Below are positions 57,270 through 64,000 of a stretch of DNA of 64,000 nucleotides, in pieces. A program made the translations under genes and the position numbers. The notes under the pieces were generated by a model, which was not told where the DNA came from, searched no databases, and worked only from the letters and a program-made list of their open reading frames with translations. How positions within the stretch are numbered: position 1 is the stretch's first letter; each line of letters opens with the position of its first letter. The stretch is from a bacterium (GTDB taxonomy: Bacteria > Electryoneota > Electryoneia > Electryoneales > Electryoneaceae): assembly GCA_963675295.2 (NCBI GenBank), contig CAXXKJ010000002.1, forward strand, positions 2,656,001-2,720,000, read 5' to 3'.

Positions 57270-58432
57270 TCCTATTGCCTCTCATCATCGCGGGTTTAGC
57301 CCTGCTGACCCTGTTTTTACCGACACTGATGCTCGGCCGTAATTGGCCACGCAGCAAGCGGCGGGAACCGGTGACGATAGTGGTCTGCGCTCGGGACGAG
57401 GAAGCGACGATCCTTGAATGCCTTCTGTCATTATCCGAACAGACGTATCCGGAAGATCTGTACCAGATCCTGCTGGTGGACCACCTCTCCCGCGACCGGA
57501 CCGGCGAAATCATGGACATGTTTGCCGAGGAATCGCCGATCAGGACGCGCGTGATCCACGTGTCAGATGAAGAAGGTCCGTTGCAGGGCAAGGTGCAGGG
57601 GCTGGAGATTGCGCTCGAGCAAGTGGATACCGAATTCGTGTTGCTGACCGATGGTGACTGCACGGTGCCCGAGACGTGGATCGAGCGGATGCTCGAGTAT
57701 CTCGAGGACGATGTCGCGATCATCAACGGGCATGTGCGGGTGCAGGATCCGGATCAGGATGACCGGCTGATTGCGACGTTGCAGAACACGCTGAATCGCA
57801 TGTTCCTCGCATTCTCGGCGGGGTATTCGGCGTTCCAGTTGCCGGCGAAACTGTATCATCCGGCGCTGAGACCGTTGCGCCCCGTGTTGCGCCATGTGCG
57901 GCCCTCATTCAACATGGGCAACAACCAGGGGCTGCGGATGTCTGTGTACCGGTCGATTGGCGGATTTCGCGATGTGGGTCCGACGTTGATTGAAGATGTC
58001 GCCCTGGTCAACCGCATTTTGCAGAAAACGACGTACAAGGTCGCTGTTTTGATGGACCCGCGTGTGATTGTGACCACTCGGCCATCGAAGAATTACCGCG
58101 AGTTCTGGCGGCAGTACCGGCGCTGGGCGTCCGCATCTGAGAACGTCAATAACAAGACGAACAAGGCGCTGTACGTGATGCTCGGCCTGAATCGTATCGG
58201 GTTGCCGTGGATGATGCTGTTGTTTCCATTCACCGGGATCATCGCTGCGGTGGTTGCCGGTTTGGGTGAGTACGTGCTGATCCGTCAGGCAAATCAGGTA
58301 TTGGGGACAAAGACAACCCGGCTGAAAGTGGTGCTGCACCTTGTCGCGCAGGTGGCACTCAACCACATGCTGATGTTTGCGTTGCTGCTCAGAGTGCCGG
58401 TGGTTTGGAAGGGGCGTGTGTACGAAAACTAG
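57266..58432 (+). CDS. Glycosyltransferase family 2, membrane-bound
   Basis: VCARDEE, LVDHLSRD, GK, LTDGDC, GNNQ, LIED, QYRRW and terminal WKGR. Confidence 0.87.
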   Translation: MILLPLIIAGLALLTLFLPTLMLGRNWPRSKRREPVTIVVCARDEEATILECLLSLSEQTYPEDLYQILLVDHLSRDRTGEIMDMFAEESPIRTRVIHVSDEEGPLQGKVQGLEIALEQVDTEFVLLTDGDCTVPETWIERMLEYLEDDVAIINGHVRVQDPDQDDRLIATLQNTLNRMFLAFSAGYSAFQLPAKLYHPALRPLRPVLRHVRPSFNMGNNQGLRMSVYRSIGGFRDVGPTLIEDVALVNRILQKTTYKVAVLMDPRVIVTTRPSKNYREFWRQYRRWASASENVNNKTNKALYVMLGLNRIGLPWMMLLFPFTGIIAAVVAGLGEYVLIRQANQVLGTKTTRLKVVLHLVAQVALNHMLMFALLLRVPVVWKGRVYEN

Positions 58433-58439
58433 AATCCGC

Positions 58440-58469
58440 TTGACAGCTCGTCAAAGCGTTGAGTAGTTT
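58440..58469 (+). promoter_or_regulatory. sigma70-like promoter overlapped by a TTGAC-N5-GTCAA inverted repeat
   Basis: TTGACA-N18-TAGTTT. Confidence 0.55.
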
Positions 58470-58473
58470 AAAG

Positions 58474-58542
58474 ATGGCAAGCGGCTTTTCAGCCGCGCAA
58501 TCTCGACCCCCTGCAAGCAGGAACCGAATCTTACGCCGGTGA
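58474..58542 (+). other. Candidate leader peptide uORF (MASGFSAAQSRPPASRNRILRR)
   Basis: ATG 5 nt after the -10 hexamer; Pro-Pro codons form the 5' arm of the downstream hairpin. Confidence 0.35.
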
Positions 58543-58566
58543 CCGAAGTTGCAGGGGGTTTCTTTG
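58505..58566 (+). terminator. Terminator/attenuator-like hairpin
   Basis: ACCCCCTGCAA (58506-58516) pairs with TTGCAGGGGGT (58549-58559), followed by TTCTTTG; unusually long 32-nt loop. Confidence 0.6.
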
Positions 58567-58675
58567 TCTCACAATTGACCGCCGATTTAGCCCCGCCCGC
58601 GCCTCTCTGGCAGCACCGAAACAAACGCTGTATATTCGTGAATTCCAGTACGAAGTCTTTTTCCCGGAGTGATTG

Positions 58676-59581
58676 ATGAACCTGTTCGATCGTCTCGTCG
58701 TGACCACTTTGCCGTTTGTTCCGAAGCCGATGGTGCGTCATTTCGCGGACCCGTACATCGCGGGCGAAACGTTGCAGCATGCGATAGATCAGGTGAAGCA
58801 GTTGAACCAGGAAGGGGCGATGGCGACCATCGACGTGCTCGGCGAAGCGGTCAAGAGCATGACCGAGGCGAACCGGGCGGCCGACAGCTACCTGCCGGTA
58901 ATCGAAGCCATCGAACGCGAAAAACTGGACGCGAACATCTCGATCAAGCCGACGATGCTCGGCCTCGGGCTCGATTACAAGGGCTGTGTCGCCAATTTCA
59001 CACGAGTTATTGACGCCCTCCGCCCGTACAACAACTTCCTTCGTGTGGATATGGAGGACAGCCCGTACACGTCGCTGACGCTGGATCTCGTCGACGAACT
59101 CCGCAAACAGTACCCGAACATCGGGCTCGTGCTGCAGGCATACATGCGGCGTTCGATGAATGATCTGAAGGACCGTGTTATCCCGGAGAAGATCAATTTC
59201 CGCCTCTGCAAGGGGATTTACGTTGAGCCGGCGCGGGTTGCGTACAAGGATTTCGATGTCGTCCGCAAGAACTACACTGCGTTGCTGAAGACCGCATTGA
59301 GCAACGATGTGTATGTGGGTATCGCGACGCACGACGAGATGCTGGTCTGGGAAGCGTTCAACCTGATCGACGAGCTCGGTCTGAAGCCGGATCAGTACGA
59401 ATTTCAGATGCTGCTCGGCGTAACACCGGAACTCCGCCGCACGATCATCCGTGAGGGGCACCGTATGCGGGTGTACGTTCCGTTCGGGCAGGACTGGTAC
59501 GCGTATTCCTCCCGTCGCCTGAAGGAAAATCCGAAGGTCGCGGGGTACGTGATGAAGGACATCCTGAAATTCAAGCGTTGA
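58676..59581 (+). CDS. Monofunctional proline dehydrogenase
   Basis: YIAGE, DVLGE, SIKPT, RVDMED, VLQAY, RLCKGIY, IATHD, EFQMLLG, RVYVPFG and RRLKENP. Confidence 0.93.
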   Translation: MNLFDRLVVTTLPFVPKPMVRHFADPYIAGETLQHAIDQVKQLNQEGAMATIDVLGEAVKSMTEANRAADSYLPVIEAIEREKLDANISIKPTMLGLGLDYKGCVANFTRVIDALRPYNNFLRVDMEDSPYTSLTLDLVDELRKQYPNIGLVLQAYMRRSMNDLKDRVIPEKINFRLCKGIYVEPARVAYKDFDVVRKNYTALLKTALSNDVYVGIATHDEMLVWEAFNLIDELGLKPDQYEFQMLLGVTPELRRTIIREGHRMRVYVPFGQDWYAYSSRRLKENPKVAGYVMKDILKFKR

Positions 59582-59607
59582 CGCGAGGTCATCTCCCCCG
59601 TTATTCT
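59578..59607 (+). promoter_or_regulatory. sigma70-like promoter for ridA
   Basis: TTGACG-N18-TATTCT. Confidence 0.5.
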
Positions 59608-59644
59608 ATCTGCATCGTGAACTGATTCCTACCTGAGGTCAAGC

Positions 59645-60031
59645 ATGCGACGCATCGTCCGCACAGACACCGCTCCCGGCGCGATTGGGCCGTACAACCA
59701 GGCTGTCGTCGCCAGCGGCAGCTTCCTGTTCACCGCCGGGCAGATTCCACTGCACCCGACGAACGGCGAGATTGTCGGCACAACCATTGAGGAACAGACT
59801 GAACAGGCGCTGAAGAATCTGAAGGCGGTTGTCGAGGCTGGTGGATCGTCGCTGGAGAATGTGATCAAGACCACCGTTTTCCTCAAGGACATGAACGATT
59901 TCGTCGCGATGAACGGCGTGTACCAATCATTCTTCTCCGGCGAGGCACCGGCCCGCAGCGCGGTCGAAGTCGCCCGTCTCCCGAAGGATGTGCTTGTCGA
60001 GATCGAATGCGTGGCGTTAGTCAACGCATGA
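59645..60031 (+). CDS. ridA: RidA family reactive intermediate deaminase
   Basis: APGAIGPYNQA, GQIP, KTTVFL, PARS and LPKDVLVEIE. Confidence 0.92.
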   Translation: MRRIVRTDTAPGAIGPYNQAVVASGSFLFTAGQIPLHPTNGEIVGTTIEEQTEQALKNLKAVVEAGGSSLENVIKTTVFLKDMNDFVAMNGVYQSFFSGEAPARSAVEVARLPKDVLVEIECVALVNA

Positions 60032-60642
60032 GCTTGCTTCGTCTGACAGCGTTTGCCGTGCTCACCGCCGTGATTCTCACCGGTGGTGGGATTTCCTCTG
60101 TCTTCGCCCAGGCTCCTCCGGACACATCGGCAACAGCGGCTCCAGTGGTCGCCACTCCTGATCCCGCTGAAACGGTTGACGGTGACTCTGACACCCTGAA
60201 AGTCGTCATGAACGAGGAACAGTCAATTAGCCGCGGCGGCCACATGACCAAGGACCCGACCTGGGCGGCTTTGCGCAGCGTCGTGCTGCCGGGCTGGGGG
60301 CAGGCGTATACCGAAAACTGGATCAAGGCGATTGTCTTTGCCGGCGTGGATGTCGGCCTGATTTACGGGGCGTATGTGCAGCACGATCGCTACGTCACCG
60401 CGTTGGACGACTCGAAGAACACGAAGACCGATGACGAACGGGAAATACTTGAACGTTCGGCCAATTTCTACCGTGATGATCGTAACAAATTGCTGTGGTA
60501 TGTTGCCGGTGTGATCTTACTATCTTCTCTCGATGCGTATGTCGAGGCTCACCTCTACGACTTCCATATCGACCCGATCCTGGAAACTCCTCCGAACAAC
60601 GATGGTGTACAGGCTGGGATTCGGATTACTTTCACGTTCTGA
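60028..60642 (+). CDS. DUF5683-like membrane/secreted protein
   Basis: Signal peptide, P..AALRSVVLPGWGQAY...K and DAYVEAHL. Confidence 0.72.
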   Translation: MSLLRLTAFAVLTAVILTGGGISSVFAQAPPDTSATAAPVVATPDPAETVDGDSDTLKVVMNEEQSISRGGHMTKDPTWAALRSVVLPGWGQAYTENWIKAIVFAGVDVGLIYGAYVQHDRYVTALDDSKNTKTDDEREILERSANFYRDDRNKLLWYVAGVILLSSLDAYVEAHLYDFHIDPILETPPNNDGVQAGIRITFTF

Positions 60643-60684
60643 TAGCGACGCAGTTTTCGTCCACCAGCAGGTAGCTGATCCATC

Positions 60685-61773
60685 ATGGCGGATACCACAT
60701 CCACCAAGGTTCAAGTGATGTCGTCCGGCAGGGTCCACGAGTCCGTCGGCGTGCTGCACATGCACACGCTCTATTCGGACGGAACGGGCACAGTCGGCGA
60801 GATCGCCCGTTTCGCAGGCGAGCGTGATCTCCAGTGGCTGATCATCACCGATCATTGCCATATGGAGGCGTACAAGCGTGGCGAATATGGCTTGTACAAC
60901 GGCGTCTGGGTGCTGATCGGAACCGAGCTCGGTGATGAAGACCTGCCGAACCATTACCTGACCTATGGCATCACCGACTTGCCCGACCAGTCCGACCCGG
61001 TGGAGATGGTTCGTGGCGTTCATGAACGCGGCGGCTTCGGCGCAATCGCCCATCCGCATGAACGCCGGGCCGAGTTTGAGGACATGCCGCCGTATCCATG
61101 GACGGCGTGGGACGCCCCCATTGACGGGATCGAGATCTGGAATCAGCTGTCGCAGTGGGTTGAAGGGCTGACCCATTCGAACAAGTACCATCGATTCCTG
61201 CACCCGTTGAAGAGCCTGACTCAGCCCGATCCCGACACGTTGCGGATCTGGGACGAAATGAACCTCAGGCATCCGGTGGTCGGGTATGTCGGGGTGGATG
61301 CGCACGCATTGAACTATCCCGTTTTCAACGGAATGATCCGTGTGCGGGTGTTTCCGTACAAAGTGCAGTTCCGCAGTCTGCTGACCCATTTGTTGCTCGA
61401 CGAGCCGTTGCACCCCAGCGACTACGAAATCGCCAACGGGCAGATCCTGACAGCGTTACGCAACGGCCGGCATTTCGGGGCGAATCATCGTGCCGGAGAC
61501 GCTCGCGGGTTCCGTTTCACCGCGACACAGGGCGGCATGGAGTACCTGCCGATCAGCACGCTGATGGCTGGTGAACCGATTCAATTCAACGTCTCCACCC
61601 CGCTTCATGGACGGATTTACCTGCTGCGGAACGGTCAGTTACTGATGCGGGCTCGCGGGCAGTCGTTGACCTACGAAAGCGCGCAGCCTGGAGTGTACCG
61701 GGTGGAAGTGTACCGGCGTGGTCGCGGGTGGATCTTCAGCAATCCGTTCCGGGTTGTGTCATCCGGCGAATAG
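60685..61773 (+). CDS. PHP-domain (CehA/McbA-like) metallohydrolase
   Basis: HMHTLYSDG, ITDH, AHP, IEIWN, DAH and C-terminal YRVEV...WIFSNP. Confidence 0.85.
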   Translation: MADTTSTKVQVMSSGRVHESVGVLHMHTLYSDGTGTVGEIARFAGERDLQWLIITDHCHMEAYKRGEYGLYNGVWVLIGTELGDEDLPNHYLTYGITDLPDQSDPVEMVRGVHERGGFGAIAHPHERRAEFEDMPPYPWTAWDAPIDGIEIWNQLSQWVEGLTHSNKYHRFLHPLKSLTQPDPDTLRIWDEMNLRHPVVGYVGVDAHALNYPVFNGMIRVRVFPYKVQFRSLLTHLLLDEPLHPSDYEIANGQILTALRNGRHFGANHRAGDARGFRFTATQGGMEYLPISTLMAGEPIQFNVSTPLHGRIYLLRNGQLLMRARGQSLTYESAQPGVYRVEVYRRGRGWIFSNPFRVVSSGE

Positions 61774-61812
61774 GGTAGCATCCCAGGTGACCGGCGAACT
61801 CCGTACCCCTGA

Positions 61813-61841
61813 TTGCCGCCTCAAGCTGTACGTCCTATCTT
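61813..61841 (+). promoter_or_regulatory. sigma70-like promoter for the PilZ gene
   Basis: TTGCCG-N17-TATCTT. Confidence 0.45.
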
Positions 61842-61889
61842 CCGATGGAAAACCAAGCGCTAGCGCCAACTGCAGGTGACTGAACACGC

Positions 61890-62426
61890 ATGGACGAACT
61901 CGCACCAGTCGCACACTTTTTCCAATCCCGGGGTCTTCAGTTCTGGGACGTGTTCGCTGTGCTGGTGCTGTTCGGTTTCCTGATTGCGGCGTTCATGCTC
62001 GCGTTGCGTGAGCACCGGATGCGTGAGAAAGCCAAGCAGCTAGTCCGCAGACGCTACACTCCCCCGCCTGGCAAGGGTTCGCGCCGCTTACATCCCCGGC
62101 TGCTGGTTCGGATTCCCGCCCGTGTGATGGTGGAAAAGTCGCGCAATGTGATCGAAGCGGAAGTGCTGGATGTATCCGCCGGCGGGATTCGCTTGCTGCT
62201 GTTTCAGGCTCCACGCGCCCTGCAGATTGGTGAACACATCGATTTAATGGCACGAGACCCGTTGTTCCTCGAGATGGATCAACCTGCGCGAGCGTATATC
62301 GTGCGGACACGTCCGGGTCCGCGCGCCGACACTCCCACCATCCACGGTGAGTGGCAGGGGCTGGCGCCGGAGATGCGACGGAAGCTGAGCCGTGAGATCC
62401 GTCAACGGTTGCTCCACGACATGTAA
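61890..62426 (+). CDS. Membrane-anchored PilZ-domain protein
   Basis: N-terminal TM helix, RRLHPR (RxxxR) and DVSAGG (DxSxxG) c-di-GMP motifs. Confidence 0.8.
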   Translation: MDELAPVAHFFQSRGLQFWDVFAVLVLFGFLIAAFMLALREHRMREKAKQLVRRRYTPPPGKGSRRLHPRLLVRIPARVMVEKSRNVIEAEVLDVSAGGIRLLLFQAPRALQIGEHIDLMARDPLFLEMDQPARAYIVRTRPGPRADTPTIHGEWQGLAPEMRRKLSREIRQRLLHDM

Positions 62427-62486
62427 CCGGCAGATTCCTGTTTTACCTTACGACGATCATTTCAATACTTACGGATAGAGTGTCCC

Positions 62487-63545
62487 ATGAGTGAGCCGAC
62501 AGCCGAGCAGTATACACTGGAAGAATTGAAGAACCTGCCCAAGACTGACCTGCATTGTCATCTGGACGGGTCGCTACGAGTGAGCACGATGCTCGAGCTC
62601 GCTGAACAACGCAAGGTGAACCTGCCGGGCGACGATGAGGACAGCCTGCATAGCTATCTCCTGCGTGGAACGCGTCAAGGCTCACTCGGCGCCTACCTCG
62701 AAGCGTTCGACATCACATTGTCGGTGATGCAGCATGAAGAGGACATCGCCCGCATCGCGACGGAACTGTGTGAGGATGCGTGGGAAGATGGAGTCTGGTA
62801 CCTCGAGGTGCGGTTCTCCCCGATTCTGCACCAGAAGAACGGGTTGCCGATCGTCAAGGTGATGGACGCCGTGCTCGACGGGCTGCGCGAAGGCGAGAAG
62901 AAAACGGGCATCCGTACCGGTGTGATTGTTTGTGGGATCCGGTCGATTGATCCGATCAGCTCGCTACGGCTTGCGGAATTGTCGATTGCATATAAAGGCC
63001 GCGGCGTTGTCGGGTTCGACCTCGCGGGGCAGGAAGACTCCTACCCGGCAAAGGATCATGCGGACGCGTTTTACCTGATCCGTACGAACAACATTCCGTG
63101 CACGGTGCACGCCGGCGAGGCGTACGGACCGGTCAGCATCCGGCAGGCCTTGCATGATTTGAACGCTCACCGTATCGGCCATGGGACGCGCCTGGTTGAG
63201 GATGGCGACTTGCTGAATTACGTCAACAATCACCGCATACCTCTCGAGTGCTGCTTGACGTCAAATGTTGACGTTGGCGCGGTTTCAAGTTTGGAACAGC
63301 ACCCGTTGAAGTTTTACTTTGATCAAGGCTTGCGTGTGACGGTGAATACGGACAACCGTCTCATGTCAGACACTTCGGTCACCCGGGAACTAATGCTGGC
63401 GCAGGAGAAGCTCGGGTTCAACCGCCATGAAATCGACGACTTGATCATCATGGGATTCAAGTCGGCCTTTCTGCCCTACCGGGAACGGCGACAACTGCTC
63501 GCGAAGGTGCTGAATGCTATCAACCGCCCGATTATCCCGTTCTAG
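62487..63545 (+). CDS. add: Adenosine deaminase
   Basis: LPKTDLHCHLDGS, YLEVRFSP, GFDLAG, HAGE, RIGHG and NTDN. Confidence 0.9.
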   Translation: MSEPTAEQYTLEELKNLPKTDLHCHLDGSLRVSTMLELAEQRKVNLPGDDEDSLHSYLLRGTRQGSLGAYLEAFDITLSVMQHEEDIARIATELCEDAWEDGVWYLEVRFSPILHQKNGLPIVKVMDAVLDGLREGEKKTGIRTGVIVCGIRSIDPISSLRLAELSIAYKGRGVVGFDLAGQEDSYPAKDHADAFYLIRTNNIPCTVHAGEAYGPVSIRQALHDLNAHRIGHGTRLVEDGDLLNYVNNHRIPLECCLTSNVDVGAVSSLEQHPLKFYFDQGLRVTVNTDNRLMSDTSVTRELMLAQEKLGFNRHEIDDLIIMGFKSAFLPYRERRQLLAKVLNAINRPIIPF

Positions 63546-64000
63546 TCTCGCGCTGCTTGGATTGTTTCTGCTTGCAATTGTCGCCGGCTGCCCGGACAGT
63601 GTCGCCCCACCCCAGCCCTTCACCGGCGAATCCATTGACGATCTGGATGATATTCGTCGATTCTACCCGATGGCAGAAGGATCGATCTGGCGTTACAACG
63701 CCTCCGGTGATGTGACGTTTGAGTATGAGATTGTTGAGATGGGTGAAAAAAATGGGGGGCCTACGGCAACGCTGTTCGTCACCGTTGAAGGCTCCGGGTA
63801 CGACGAATACATGCGTTGGAGCGGGGAAAACCTGCTTTCATCGGTAAGCGGTGATTTTACCAGCGAGTCGAAGGAACTGGACGGACCGTTCTATGAAGGC
63901 GCGCGCTGGCGAAAGACGGACCAGTCCAGTGGCGACTACGTTTTCTACATCGATAGTGAAATCCTCGATTTACACTACCCGGTATCTGTTCCTGCCGGCG
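63514..64000 (+). CDS. Lipoprotein, partial (runs off the window end)
   Basis: Not in the ORF track; translated by hand: MLSTARLSRSSLALLGLFLLAIVAGC (lipobox VAGC)...FYPMAEGSIWRY...VSVPAG, open to the end of the window. Confidence 0.7.
   Translation, partial: MLSTARLSRSSLALLGLFLLAIVAGCPDSVAPPQPFTGESIDDLDDIRRFYPMAEGSIWRYNASGDVTFEYEIVEMGEKNGGPTATLFVTVEGSGYDEYMRWSGENLLSSVSGDFTSESKELDGPFYEGARWRKTDQSSGDYVFYIDSEILDLHYPVSVPAG

Noticed and set aside
58474-58566. Possible SRP RNA or known riboswitch in the structured region before proline dehydrogenase
   Set aside because: It lacks the SRP domain IV core and any riboswitch consensus I can recognise; kept only as an unclassified leader/sRNA candidate.
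1-64000. CRISPR arrays, tRNA/rRNA genes, IS elements, prophage genes
   Set aside because: No regularly spaced 25-45 bp repeats, cloverleaf or rRNA signatures, transposase or phage ORFs were seen; intergenic gaps are short (all under about 500 bp).

Overview
A gene-dense, GC-rich (about 60% by eye) chromosomal core region from a diderm bacterium, most likely of the FCB superphylum. The placement rests on the LpxC-FabZ fusion, a DUF4292/TPR lipoprotein pair, a DUF5683-like protein and a stand-alone GlmU-N domain. From about 2.5 to 52.8 kb nearly all genes are on the minus strand. They cover peptidoglycan functions (mpl, class A PBP, SPOR protein), glycosyltransferases, rseP, the lpxA-lpxC/fabZ-lpxD-skp-bamA-tamB-uppS envelope cluster, mtnA, argS, rsfS, panBC, mnmA with a cysteine desulfurase, rdgB, deoB, an ECF sigma/anti-sigma pair, holA and a heterodimeric ABC exporter. 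From 53 kb the genes switch to the plus strand: a three-GT2/flippase-like/deacetylase operon, proline dehydrogenase, ridA, a PHP hydrolase, a PilZ protein, adenosine deaminase and a partial lipoprotein. I saw no rRNA, tRNA, CRISPR array, transposase or integrase. The most notable signals are: (i) a promoter, Pro-Pro leader peptide and terminator unit upstream of proline dehydrogenase; (ii) an orphan DNA methyltransferase with a candidate sliding-clamp-binding motif inside a cell-wall operon; (iii) three tandem ECF-type promoter motifs between the sigma and anti-sigma genes; (iv) a recurring 18-bp spacer in sigma70-like promoters; (v) an M1 peptidase fused to a probable beta-barrel. All calls come from motif recognition by eye, with no database searches.
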